A stretch of DNA of 64,000 nt, from the IMG/VR virus record IMGVR_UViG_3300029908_000007, positions 64,001 through 128,000 of that record, one strand, 5' to 3'. Source of the DNA: a virus. A model generated the notes under the pieces. The model saw only the letters and a list, made by a program, of their open reading frames with translations, made no database searches and had not been told where the DNA came from. Shown here piece by piece: positions 1 to 9,119 of this stretch (position 1 is the stretch's first letter; each line of letters starts with the position of its first letter). The position numbers and the translations under genes were made by a program.

Positions 1-2
1 TT

Positions 3-476
3 GGTGACAAAAATGGTAATTATTCCGAGGTCTTCAGAAGTGTTATCCTGGGTAGAGCCACCGGTAATCTGATTAAACTCTACTCCGAAACCAGCCTTCA
101 TTTCTACCCCAGCGACCGCAGGATCCTATATAAAGCCAACTCGATTCGTAGTAGGAAGGGAATCAGCGATGTCCAAGAATTGGCTGAAGCCATCAATGAA
201 AGTTTTGTCGCCGACGCCGCTGAAGGCCTTAACGTTCCAAAGAACAAGATCAAGGCTGCGGAATTACAGGAACTTTTAAACGCAGCTTCCATTGTTTCTG
301 TGGAACAGACCATTAACGAAGAAAACTTCAGCGCCTACGATCTCACTCCCGATAACAGTGCCAATGCCGAAGAAGCCATGCTTCACAAAGAAATGAACGC
401 AAACGTCAAAAACTTAATCGATCAGCTCCCTCCTTTACATCAAAAAGTACTAAAACTCAGAGGCGTCACTTTTTAG
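3..476 (+). CDS. Sigma-70-family RNA polymerase sigma factor, 5'-partial; ends after region 4.1
   Basis: Frame is open from nt 3 (GDKNGNYSEVFRSVILGRATGNLIKLYSETSLHFYPSD..., region 2.3/2.4-like). Then 'VQELAEAIN' (3.1-like), 'SIVSVEQ' (3.2-like) and 'LIDQLPPLHQKVLKLRG' (4.1-like), followed by a stop. Confidence 0.65.
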   Translation, partial: GDKNGNYSEVFRSVILGRATGNLIKLYSETSLHFYPSDRRILYKANSIRSRKGISDVQELAEAINESFVADAAEGLNVPKNKIKAAELQELLNAASIVSVEQTINEENFSAYDLTPDNSANAEEAMLHKEMNANVKNLIDQLPPLHQKVLKLRGVTF

Positions 477-505
477 TTGACAAAGGCGCAGCGGCCTGGT
501 AGAGT
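477..505 (+). promoter_or_regulatory. Sigma70-type promoter TTGACA-17-TAGAGT
   Basis: Consensus -35 with 17-nt spacer, followed by AGGAG RBS and ATG at 524. Confidence 0.7.
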
Positions 506-523
506 ATCTGACAGGAGATCTAT

Positions 524-703
524 ATGAGCAAAGAAAAACTAATCAGTGCCACTAAATACGTGGAATCACTTAAGAATAAGCTTGCCGATGGCGTTCCCGC
601 CAAACATCGAACTCGTGCTGCCCAATACAAAGCTTTTTTGGAAAAGGAATTGAAGGCCGCTAGTACGAAGATTGAAAATCTTAAGATAACCGTTACCAAA
701 TAG
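524..703 (+). CDS. Small basic hypothetical protein (59 aa, not in ORF track)
   Basis: MSKEKLISATKYVESLKNKLADGVPAKH...TVTK*; AGGAG RBS; fills the gap between neighbours. Confidence 0.75.
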   Translation: MSKEKLISATKYVESLKNKLADGVPAKHRTRAAQYKAFLEKELKAASTKIENLKITVTK

Positions 704-710
704 GAGAGCT

Positions 711-1034
711 ATGCTAGACAAACCCACTTCTTTTAATGGTAAACTCGTATTAGAGGTTTATGTCCACACAGAAGTTCGTAGCAATACGACCAAGGGTTGG
801 ACTGGCGTTGTTCAAAAGAATAACTTAAAAGGGCTCAAAGTCTTGGTTGACGCCAATCTCCCAAATGGAAGTTCGGTTTCCGCTGGCTCTGTGGCTTGGA
901 TTAAAGAAGATCTTTTGCACTCATCTCCTTGGGCCAAAGATGTGCGTAAATGCGATTTCATCCCTGGTGAATTCATTTTGGTTAACATGAACGAAGTGGA
1001 ATTTGTGAGTCCTCCCGAAGGGACTGTTGCTTGA
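711..1034 (+). CDS. GroES/Cpn10-like co-chaperonin (putative)
   Basis: 107 aa; 'FNGKLVLE...TTKGW...LKVL...VSAGSVAWIK...GEFILVNMNEVEFV' follows the GroES strand pattern. Confidence 0.5.
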   Translation: MLDKPTSFNGKLVLEVYVHTEVRSNTTKGWTGVVQKNNLKGLKVLVDANLPNGSSVSAGSVAWIKEDLLHSSPWAKDVRKCDFIPGEFILVNMNEVEFVSPPEGTVA

Positions 1035-1225
1035 GAGTTGGAAGATATTTCCGAATAGGGCGCCTTGCAATCGTAGTAGGACCTTATGCTGCTTGGGGTT
1101 CTATAGAAGGCTCCTGCGGTTGTAAGATCTGGGGATTGGGGCGCTTCGAAATCACATGGTTTGACAAAACCTGTAAATGCCGAGCTTGTGGTAGCCATAT
1201 ATGCAAATGTAAGGATGCGGTATGA
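1031..1225 (+). CDS. Small Cys-rich hypothetical protein
   Basis: Overlaps both neighbours by 4 nt; CxC and CxxC pairs. Confidence 0.5.
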   Translation: MRVGRYFRIGRLAIVVGPYAAWGSIEGSCGCKIWGLGRFEITWFDKTCKCRACGSHICKCKDAV

Positions 1226-2193
1226 CGGTACTTTATTTGGGAGATCCTCACGTAACCGTTTCCAACCTAGCAGAATCCGAAAGACTTCTAGTTTATGTCG
1301 AATCTTTGGGGTCTTCTGACCTTACTTTGGTTATCTTAGGTGATCTTACGCATACTCATGCCAACGTGAGAGTTGAGGTCCTGGAATTTTGGAATCGATG
1401 GTTTGCAAAATTAAATGACCTATTTAAGAAAGTTATCGTATTAGTCGGGAATCATGATCAAATCGGCGATTATAAATCTAATTCCCATTCATTAAGTGTT
1501 TTTAATGGAATATACGAAAAAGTTTTGATAGTATCATCGCCAATAAATCTCGGCATTTTTGGTTATATTCCCTATATTCACGACAAAAAACTGTTTACAG
1601 TACAAGCTAACAAACTGTGCTCTAATGGCGCTAAAGTAATTGTCGCCCACGCCGAACTGGATGGAGCTAAATACGAAAGTGGAATGCCCGTCGTAGACGG
1701 CGTTAAATATCAAGACATCAACGCTTCATTAATTATTTCGGGCCATTATCATTCCAGGCAACGTTTTGGAAATGTGATTTATCCCGGAACAGCCCGTTGG
1801 TTAACCGCAGCCGACAAAAACGAACCTAAGGCCCTTTGGTTCGTGAACTTTGACGATGAAGGCAAAATCCTCTCCGAACAATTCCTTGACACCTCCCATG
1901 TCTGCGTTCCCATCTATGCCTACCAATACAAAGAAGGCGAAGCCGAACCCGCTATTCCGGAAGGTAGCCGCGCATCTGTAGAACTTGTTGGCTCTTCTAT
2001 TTGGGTTTCTCAACAGAAAGCCAAATTCAAAGGCAAAGCCTCGGTCAGTTCTAAGATCACAGATAAAGCCCGTCCCGAGAACCGCAAGACCGGGAATAGT
2101 CTCGCACATTTTGTTACCAATGTGTTCGAGGTTTCTGGCGGCCTAAAGAAAGAAAAGATGATCGACTTTATGAAGGAACTTGGAGTGTTATGA
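1222..2193 (+). CDS. SbcD/Mre11-like (T4 gp47-like) nuclease
   Basis: Metallophosphoesterase motifs GDPH, LGD, GNHD, AH, GHYH; YPG; near an SbcC gene. Confidence 0.9.
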   Translation: MTVLYLGDPHVTVSNLAESERLLVYVESLGSSDLTLVILGDLTHTHANVRVEVLEFWNRWFAKLNDLFKKVIVLVGNHDQIGDYKSNSHSLSVFNGIYEKVLIVSSPINLGIFGYIPYIHDKKLFTVQANKLCSNGAKVIVAHAELDGAKYESGMPVVDGVKYQDINASLIISGHYHSRQRFGNVIYPGTARWLTAADKNEPKALWFVNFDDEGKILSEQFLDTSHVCVPIYAYQYKEGEAEPAIPEGSRASVELVGSSIWVSQQKAKFKGKASVSSKITDKARPENRKTGNSLAHFVTNVFEVSGGLKKEKMIDFMKELGVL

Positions 2194-2546
2194 GCGAAGA
2201 TATTTTAAAGCAACTCAAAGATATGGCCCAGATGTCTGCTATTACCGGAAAAATCTCTACGGTTCAGGAACGCAATCTAAAAATGTACCCACTTGTATTT
2301 TTTGATGGTGTGGAGCGGGTTGAAATCAACTACGATCTATCCCCCATCAGATCCTCCGAAAACGGCAGCGATTTGGTTGCAGCCAAGTCATTTGTGGCCT
2401 ATGACATCAAAACCGATGGTAGAGAAGTTATGAATTTAAATAGACGATGTGCTGCCATTGACAGAGCCGTTGCTACCCTGCTTTGGTCTGGGATCCACGT
2501 AGAAGTATTCGTTGATGGTGTTCAAAAATATGGAGGCGCTAAATGA
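2190..2546 (+). CDS. Hypothetical protein
   Basis: ATGA-coupled ORF within the operon. Confidence 0.75.
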   Translation: MSEDILKQLKDMAQMSAITGKISTVQERNLKMYPLVFFDGVERVEINYDLSPIRSSENGSDLVAAKSFVAYDIKTDGREVMNLNRRCAAIDRAVATLLWSGIHVEVFVDGVQKYGGAK

Positions 2547-3274
2547 GCTACGAAGGAACCCTGACCGTCCTCAAAGATGGCAAAACCACCGATCTCACTC
2601 CCAAAGAGCTTCAACAAATCGAAAAATTTAAAGAAGCCGGTTTGCCAGGCATAACTACTGTTTCTGACGTTGGAATGACCAAAGCCTTGGATCTCTATTT
2701 AGGTGGTAAGACCTACCACGAAATCTCTAAAATTCTTAGCATGAAAAAAGACGCGCTTTTGTATTTCGCCCAAAAATTCAATTGGTATGGAACCAAGATG
2801 GAACAATTGGAGATCTTAGACGCCAACCTTAAAGAACGCATTTTACACGCCAATCTCGTAAATCAAGACTTTGTATTACAAATCCAACAGTTCTTCTTAC
2901 ATAAAATCGGTAGGAAGATTAACCGCTACTTAGCTACTGGAGATGAAACAATTGCCGCAAAAATCGATTCTAAGGATATCGACAGATATCAAAAGGCTGT
3001 GGAATTATTAGATAAACTGACTACCGACAAGAAACTGAATCCCCGAAATCCATCGGTAGGTTTTAACCTCGGAGAAGGCGGCGTTGACGTTAAACGCGTT
3101 GGTGAGAACGAAATCACCATTACCCCTAGGAATAAGACTGTTGGTGAAATGCTCAATGAATTAGCCAACACAAAACGCAAAGAAGAAGCTCCCAAAGATA
3201 GTTATGATATAGTAATGGAAGAGTCTAAAAACGAAGAAACAGAACAGAAAGAAGAGAAAGAAGATGAAGAATAA
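2543..3274 (+). CDS. HTH protein, terminase-small-subunit-like N-terminal domain
   Basis: 'ALDLYLGGKTYHEISKILSMKKDALLYFAQKFNW' HTH pattern; helical middle region; acidic tail. Confidence 0.45.
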   Translation: MSYEGTLTVLKDGKTTDLTPKELQQIEKFKEAGLPGITTVSDVGMTKALDLYLGGKTYHEISKILSMKKDALLYFAQKFNWYGTKMEQLEILDANLKERILHANLVNQDFVLQIQQFFLHKIGRKINRYLATGDETIAAKIDSKDIDRYQKAVELLDKLTTDKKLNPRNPSVGFNLGEGGVDVKRVGENEITITPRNKTVGEMLNELANTKRKEEAPKDSYDIVMEESKNEETEQKEEKEDEE

Positions 3275-4241
3275 AATGACCAGGGCAATTGAAAGCCGCT
3301 TAGCACCTATTTTTAAGAAAATCGAGTCCAGTCTCGGGGTAAAATCCAAGATCGCCCTTGGTTTGACAGCCCTATTGGCTATTGCCATCGCAATTGGCTC
3401 TAATATGCAACCCAATGATGTGACGGCTAGCAGTGTTGCAATTACTAATATCGCTGAAAACAGCGGTGGAACTGGGATTGTGCTTAGTTCCAGCGAGACA
3501 TCGAGCACGATTCTCACCAACTCCCATGTCTGTCACGTCGTCGAACACGGCGGTAAAGTTACTGGCAAGAATGGTCAATTTCTGGTCGCAACCTATAAGC
3601 ATTCCCAAGCCCACGATCTTTGCCTGATCACTGTAGATGGCAACCTCAAAGCTTTCACTAAGATCTCCAATCGCGCCCCTGTGCCATTTTACGAACCCGC
3701 TACGGTCAGCGGACATCCAGCTCTCTACCCCAACGTTATCACCAATGGTCATTTCAGTGGTCGCCGAACCATTGCTGTTATGAAGGGCATTAAGCCCTGC
3801 ACCGAGGAGCAAGCCAACGGACCCGCAGCTCTGTTATGCGCTTTGGTGGGTGGGATTCCTCAAATCGTTCAATACGACGCCACTTTAGTAACTGCAACAA
3901 TTATGCCAGGAAGTAGCGGTTCAGGAGTTTATAATGGAGACAAAGATCTCTCAGCTGTGGTTTTTGCTGGCAGCGGAGACATCGGCTACGGATGGACAGT
4001 TCCCTATGAATCAATGCGCAATTTCTTGGATCTCGAAGCTCGCACCCTAGAAGCGATTCGCCCAGACAATGCCGTTGATTTCTTGGGTCAGTTCGGTAAA
4101 AGGGACGCAGCCAATGAGAACAACTTGATTAAAAAACTTAAGGAAACCTGCGCTGGCGAAAATCGTGCCAAACTCCTTGAAACTTGTAATCTCGTTGATC
4201 AAGATCTTGTTGCCGACTCAAGCATGATTTGGTTCAAATAA
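3264..4241 (+). CDS. Membrane-anchored trypsin-like (S1) serine protease
   Basis: N-terminal TM helix; GTG, LTNSHV (His), HDLC (Asp), PGSSGS (Ser). Confidence 0.85.
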   Translation: MKNKMTRAIESRLAPIFKKIESSLGVKSKIALGLTALLAIAIAIGSNMQPNDVTASSVAITNIAENSGGTGIVLSSSETSSTILTNSHVCHVVEHGGKVTGKNGQFLVATYKHSQAHDLCLITVDGNLKAFTKISNRAPVPFYEPATVSGHPALYPNVITNGHFSGRRTIAVMKGIKPCTEEQANGPAALLCALVGGIPQIVQYDATLVTATIMPGSSGSGVYNGDKDLSAVVFAGSGDIGYGWTVPYESMRNFLDLEARTLEAIRPDNAVDFLGQFGKRDAANENNLIKKLKETCAGENRAKLLETCNLVDQDLVADSSMIWFK

Positions 4242-4489
4242 TGCCCTTGTTCTTCTATCTCTGTTCTTGTGGTCTGTCTTCTTCCAAGTTCTTCCGGGTG
4301 GTGGCTTCGGCCCCACTCGGAATTACTTGTAAGTGTGGACTGGAGATGAAGAAACAACTCAAGGGACCTAGCAACAATAGTGTAATTATTGTGGATAATG
4401 GAATTCAATCAAAAGCCACGGAAGTCGATCTCGCCGTAGTTGCCTCGAACGAGGAAAATAGTACCAAAGATTTTAGAGAAAAACCTTGA
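4241..4489 (+). CDS. FmdB-like zinc-ribbon protein
   Basis: MPLFFYLCSCG...CKCGLEMKKQL; TAATG coupling supports a start at 4241. Confidence 0.65.
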   Translation: MPLFFYLCSCGLSSSKFFRVVASAPLGITCKCGLEMKKQLKGPSNNSVIIVDNGIQSKATEVDLAVVASNEENSTKDFREKP

Positions 4490-4514
4490 CTTTTTAAAGT
4501 CCCTCTGATATCCT
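4486..4514 (+). promoter_or_regulatory. Promoter TTGACT-17-TATCCT (leaderless geometry)
   Basis: -10 ends 7 nt before the ATG at 4522; no RBS. Confidence 0.6.
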
Positions 4515-4521
4515 GTAATCG

Positions 4522-6693
4522 ATGCTAAAACTCAAAAAACTTACATTTTCTAATATAGGCCGTTTCACAGACGAGCAAAACGTTGACTTCACTAAACTCG
4601 GCTCCCTCGTGCAAGTAGACGCACAAAACAATAATACCGGTGGCAGCTCAGGTTCTGGGAAAAGTACCATTTTTAATGGGCTAGATTGGCTTCTCGGTCT
4701 ATCCGACATCAGCACTTCTACTTTACAATCTCGTCTAACCAAAAGTCATATCTCGGTTTCCGGTGAGTTCGATTGGGATGGGAAATCCGTTACAATAACT
4801 AGAAATCGAAAACTATCTATCGTCATAGATGGCAACGAAACGACAGGCTCTAGTAAGATCAGCGAAGAGAAGCTCGATGAGATCCTGGGAATGCCCAGGA
4901 ACCTATTCCGGCCTCTCCTTCATAAGCGCCAGGGAGAAACTGGCTTCTTTTTGGGCCTAACCCCGGCTAAGATGAATGATTTCCTAGTTGATACCTTAGG
5001 TCTGTCCCAAATCCGCTCTAAAGTCGACGTAATCGACGGCAAGACCAAAGAATTGGGTCTGGCAAAGATAGGTGCGCAAACCGGCCTTGCAGTCGCCCAG
5101 GCCAGTCTAGAGGCTAATAAACGGGCCTTAGAGGCAGTAGGAGACGAACCCGTGACTAGCGTACACCAGGACCTCGTAGAAGGCTGGAAGCTGCGCTGTG
5201 TAGCCGCTAATACCGACCTAATGACCGCCAAAGACCGGCAGGCCATTGAGAAGTCTCAATTGGAAACCAAAAAGCCAAAACTAGTCATTAATCCTTTTTC
5301 AGCAGCGGCTTTAGAAGCAAACCAAATGCGAGAAAAAGAACTCAACAGATTGATTAACGAATCTCTCTATCAGGAAAGAGATCGTCAGACTCTTGTAAAT
5401 AAGGAGATCTCCAAGCTAAAACTGGACCTATCTACCCAGGTCGCGACCATCAATGCCAGGACTAGTAAAGAAGTCGCCATTCTTAACGCTAAACTGTCGG
5501 AGACCGCTATGGCCATCCGTCTTGGAGCGATGTCTAAAGAGGAGGCCATTAAAATTGCCTCTAAAATTAAGACCGTAAGAGCTGGAACCTGCTATACCTG
5601 TAATCAAGTATGGGTTTCTGCTTCAGAAGAAGAGAGGTTATTGGCTAGTCTCGGCGAGCACAAGGCTAAGATAATCTCCGCAAAAGATGCGGAGAATAAT
5701 GCTATTGAACTCCGCACCGCAATTGCCTATATCCAGGATAGTTCCAGTAAAGATATCGAAGGCCTTAATAAGGATTATTCACTTAATATTCAGGGATTGA
5801 CGGAACAAGCCAAACCACGAATTCCTGCCGAGATCCCCGGTCTAAGAGCTGATTTGGCCAACATCATTGATTTGATCCAGAAAGAAAAAGTCAAGGAAGC
5901 CGCTCATAACGAAGAACAGAACAAGACCAACAATCAGACCATGTCTGCTTTCTTCGCCGACCAAAAAGTTTTGGCCGCTAGACATCAAGAAGAACTCCAA
6001 GTTGTTAATAAAGAACTTGAAGAAGCTCGAAGTCAGTGTGAACGGCTTAGCTCCGAACTCAGGAATCACGAAACCAATCTGGCCAAACATAAACAGGTTC
6101 TGAAGAGTCTGACGGATGCCCAAAACGAACAGACCTCAAAAGTAGAACAAATGACCCTAAAAGTAGGTCAAGTCGAAGAGAAGCTAGTCATGGCCGAGGA
6201 AGTCAAGCGCTGTCTTAAATCCTATCTGAGTTGCAGTTTTGATGATGCCTTGGATAGTATCAGCGATTCCGCGACGGCCATCCTACGGGCGGTTCCAACT
6301 ATGGCAAACGCAACTATCCGTTTGGAAGGAACAAAGGAAACCGGCGCAGGAGCCATCAAAGATCAAATCAATGCCTGTATTGATAACGATGGAGAAATTG
6401 GAATTCCTATCAAAAGTCTTTCCGGTGGCGAGCGCTCAGCCGTAGATCTGGCCATCGATCTCGCTGTAGGCAATTTGATTCAAGAAAAAGCCAATAAAGG
6501 AATCGATGTCATGATCCTAGATGAGCCCTTTAATGGATTTGACAGCATTGGTATCGAGCATTCCCTTGAAATGATTAGGACTTTTGCCGTCGACAAGAAG
6601 ATCTTGATCGTCGAACACGATGGCGTCGCAAAAGAGTTTATTCAGGACCGCATTACCGTAGTCCGCGACGGAGAAATTAGTAGTGTAAAATAG
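4522..6693 (+). CDS. SbcC/Rad50-like (T4 gp46-like) ATPase
   Basis: Walker A GSSGSGKST, coiled coils, Zn hook CYTC, signature LSGGE, Walker B ILDEP, H-loop VEHD. Confidence 0.93.
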   Translation: MLKLKKLTFSNIGRFTDEQNVDFTKLGSLVQVDAQNNNTGGSSGSGKSTIFNGLDWLLGLSDISTSTLQSRLTKSHISVSGEFDWDGKSVTITRNRKLSIVIDGNETTGSSKISEEKLDEILGMPRNLFRPLLHKRQGETGFFLGLTPAKMNDFLVDTLGLSQIRSKVDVIDGKTKELGLAKIGAQTGLAVAQASLEANKRALEAVGDEPVTSVHQDLVEGWKLRCVAANTDLMTAKDRQAIEKSQLETKKPKLVINPFSAAALEANQMREKELNRLINESLYQERDRQTLVNKEISKLKLDLSTQVATINARTSKEVAILNAKLSETAMAIRLGAMSKEEAIKIASKIKTVRAGTCYTCNQVWVSASEEERLLASLGEHKAKIISAKDAENNAIELRTAIAYIQDSSSKDIEGLNKDYSLNIQGLTEQAKPRIPAEIPGLRADLANIIDLIQKEKVKEAAHNEEQNKTNNQTMSAFFADQKVLAARHQEELQVVNKELEEARSQCERLSSELRNHETNLAKHKQVLKSLTDAQNEQTSKVEQMTLKVGQVEEKLVMAEEVKRCLKSYLSCSFDDALDSISDSATAILRAVPTMANATIRLEGTKETGAGAIKDQINACIDNDGEIGIPIKSLSGGERSAVDLAIDLAVGNLIQEKANKGIDVMILDEPFNGFDSIGIEHSLEMIRTFAVDKKILIVEHDGVAKEFIQDRITVVRDGEISSVK

Positions 6694-6696
6694 TTC

Positions 6697-6725
6697 TTGA
6701 CTTTAGGGAGGGCTTGTTGTAGATT
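6697..6725 (+). promoter_or_regulatory. Promoter TTGACT-17-TAGATT
   Basis: Intergenic; precedes AGGAG RBS and a small-gene cluster. Confidence 0.65.
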
Positions 6726-6742
6726 AGCTGGCAGGAGACGAT

Positions 6743-6949
6743 ATGGAACGACAATGTCAATGCTCATGCAATTGTAGTGTTTGGACGACAAATAGCAACA
6801 GTATTTGTGGTTATTGCGATGATTGTTATAAGAAAAACTCTCGAACTTTCTCAGAGCAAATGAAAGAAGCATCGCTGACAATGGAAGCCAGAATTGAAGG
6901 TCTAGAAGCCGCCGTAAAACGTCTTAACCGAGAACTGGGGCTAAAATGA
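6743..6949 (+). CDS. Cys-rich plus coiled-coil hypothetical protein
   Basis: RBS AGGAG; CxCxCxC...CxxCxxC. Confidence 0.65.
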   Translation: MERQCQCSCNCSVWTTNSNSICGYCDDCYKKNSRTFSEQMKEASLTMEARIEGLEAAVKRLNRELGLK

Positions 6950-7353
6950 TTCTACTTGAACTTACAACTAAAGAAGCCGAATTCATTAGGGAAGTCATTG
7001 CTTTGGAGAAAAACTCTGTGACTAATTCCAAATTGGAATGGGCAGAAAAGGAAAGAAAAACAGGTATTTGTAATTCTTTTTTAGCTAAAGTAGATCACGC
7101 TTCGGAGCCACAAAAAGATGTTATGATTACCGCCAACGATCTCTTTCTCCTGATCTCCCAGGCCAAACGGGAATATCTGAGTTTAAATAGCGGATTGCAT
7201 ATTTCCGGCATAGAGGTTGACAAAAAAGACCTCCCACATATTAGTGTGACCAACGCCTTATTGTTGTTTTTGAATGGGGAAAACTTACTGAAAAAAATGG
7301 TAAGATTTGATATAACCGACCAAAGCGGTCAATACGAGGAGCTAGAAGAATAA
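6946..7353 (+). CDS. Hypothetical protein
   Basis: ATGA-coupled ORF. Confidence 0.7.
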   Translation: MILLELTTKEAEFIREVIALEKNSVTNSKLEWAEKERKTGICNSFLAKVDHASEPQKDVMITANDLFLLISQAKREYLSLNSGLHISGIEVDKKDLPHISVTNALLLFLNGENLLKKMVRFDITDQSGQYEELEE

Positions 7354-7354
7354 T

Positions 7355-7567
7355 ATGTTTGATACACATAAACTGAATGAAGCCGGATTTGCAGCGGTCA
7401 AAACGCTAAAAACGAATATGGCCGCAGCTGTCCAAGAAGCACTTTCCCTTATGCCAGAAGGTCGAGAAAGGTCTATTTTTGTAACCAAGATCGAAGAAGC
7501 AATGTTTTTTGGAACCAAAGCCGTTGCTTCCGATCGCAACTTTCACACAGAAGTAGTTAAATATTAA
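7355..7567 (+). CDS. Acb2/Tad1-like helical-hairpin protein (candidate immune-signal sponge)
   Basis: 'F.tH.L....V..lK......PEGRERSIFVTKIEEAMFFGTKAVA' resembles the R-E-x3-TK(L/I)EEA hairpin of Tad1/Acb2-related proteins. Confidence 0.55.
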   Translation: MFDTHKLNEAGFAAVKTLKTNMAAAVQEALSLMPEGRERSIFVTKIEEAMFFGTKAVASDRNFHTEVVKY

Positions 7568-7577
7568 GGAGAATAAT

Positions 7578-7778
7578 ATGGAAAGACAGAAAGAATTATT
7601 TTTAGTTTGGCAAGGTGGAGCAGACGAACAGTTTTATAATCAATACGAGTCATTGGTAGATGCTGTTAGCTCAGAAGAAGAAGGTACTGAAATTTTTGAA
7701 GCAAAACTCACTTCTCTTGGTAGTTATAGGCTAGTGACTAAGATGATAAAAGAAAAGAAATCAAAGAAGGCAGAATAA
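7578..7778 (+). CDS. Hypothetical protein
   Basis: AAGGAG RBS. Confidence 0.7.
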   Translation: MERQKELFLVWQGGADEQFYNQYESLVDAVSSEEEGTEIFEAKLTSLGSYRLVTKMIKEKKSKKAE

Positions 7779-7779
7779 C

Positions 7780-8082
7780 ATGGCAAAATTCAAAAAAGAA
7801 CCCCTCACAGAACTACAGAAAATTGCAAAGAAAATCGGACCCGATGCCGAAGACGTTCTAGCCGAACTCGAAGCCATGGATGTGCCCGGTCTTAACAAAC
7901 GCATTGCTCAGGCAAACCAGGCAATATCTGATACAAAGGAAGAACTGGATAACAATCCCGCCTATCAGCAAGTTCTGGCCGATAAGAAACTGCTCGGCAG
8001 CGGTTTCAAAGAAGTGAAAGCGCGGCAGAACGCGATTATTGCTATCTCGGTTCAACTCAGGAAGGACAAGGGAGAAGCATGA
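7780..8082 (+). CDS. Coiled-coil hypothetical protein
   Basis: Operon packing; heptad pattern. Confidence 0.7.
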   Translation: MAKFKKEPLTELQKIAKKIGPDAEDVLAELEAMDVPGLNKRIAQANQAISDTKEELDNNPAYQQVLADKKLLGSGFKEVKARQNAIIAISVQLRKDKGEA

Positions 8083-8408
8083 AAACCGCAGTCGAATCTA
8101 ATGCAGAGACATTGGTGAGTAGAGGAGAGCGATTTAGTCTAGAAACCCTTATGTCTATTATAGAAGATAGTGTATGTAGATCTGTAGACGATGGCGAATT
8201 TGAAACTACTGTTGGTACATATAATTTTATCGCTTCTGATGTAGCTCTGGCTCAAAAAATACTAAAGAATTTGGGATACGATGTTGGAGATGGTGGTGAT
8301 TATCTAAGAATAAACTGGTCGAGCCGCACAGTTCCGAAATCCCAATCCTGTGGACCCAGCTTCTGTGAAGACTGTAATTGTGGTAAGAAAGAGCAAGTTG
8401 AATGCTGA
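8079..8408 (+). CDS. Hypothetical protein
   Basis: GGAG RBS; ATGA overlap. Confidence 0.65.
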   Translation: MKTAVESNAETLVSRGERFSLETLMSIIEDSVCRSVDDGEFETTVGTYNFIASDVALAQKILKNLGYDVGDGGDYLRINWSSRTVPKSQSCGPSFCEDCNCGKKEQVEC

Positions 8409-9063
8409 ACGCGTGCTAGCCCTAGACGTCAGTACGAAAACGGGATGGGCGGCTGCGATCAGCTCCTCTCAGGGCATTGAGTTATTGGACTACGGAACCA
8501 TTCCACAGATTCATAAACCCGATGGTGACTATCCTGGCGTCTACGTTGACTGGTCAATACTGTGTTTCAAAGAGATCAAAAAAATGATAGATAAGCTCAA
8601 ACCCCAAGTTTTAGTGATAGAAGAGACAAGTAAGGGTAGTAAGAACGCCATGAGCCAAAAGGTCCTTGAGTACATTCATTACAATTTGGCCTCCTATATT
8701 AAGGAATCTGGGATTAGGTCTGTCTATGTCCTAACAGAACAGTGGCGCCGTGAACTTGGGTGCGTTATGAACGACGCCGAAAAAGCAAAAAATAAGCAGG
8801 TCAGAGATTACAAGAAAAAGAACAAAACCAGCATATCTTATGATATAAACGGGAAACGTAATGGGTTGGTTGGCCGAAAACACGTGAATATTCGTAGGGT
8901 GAGCGAGATCTTTGCGGGACAACTAAAAGCTCCATTAAAACGCAAGGATGAAGATTTGGCTGATGGGCTCGGACTTTTAGCCTGTTACCACAACCGCAGA
9001 CTTAAAACCAACGGGAATATCCCCGAAATGACAGTCGAAGAGATTATTAAGGACAACCAATGA
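8398..9063 (+). CDS. RuvC-like Holliday junction resolvase
   Basis: VLALDVSTKTGWA, LVIEE, W-R/K helix, DEDLADGLGL; likely TTG start at 8398. Confidence 0.8.
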   Translation: MNAERVLALDVSTKTGWAAAISSSQGIELLDYGTIPQIHKPDGDYPGVYVDWSILCFKEIKKMIDKLKPQVLVIEETSKGSKNAMSQKVLEYIHYNLASYIKESGIRSVYVLTEQWRRELGCVMNDAEKAKNKQVRDYKKKNKTSISYDINGKRNGLVGRKHVNIRRVSEIFAGQLKAPLKRKDEDLADGLGLLACYHNRRLKTNGNIPEMTVEEIIKDNQ

Positions 9064-9071
9064 TTTTTCCC

Positions 9072-9100
9072 TTGACAAGTTCCCAAAACAGTGTTATATT
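9072..9100 (+). promoter_or_regulatory. Promoter TTGACA-17-TATATT with extended -10
   Basis: Near-consensus and intergenic, followed by AGGAG. Confidence 0.75.
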
Positions 9101-9119
9101 TACCCCAGGAGCATAAACT

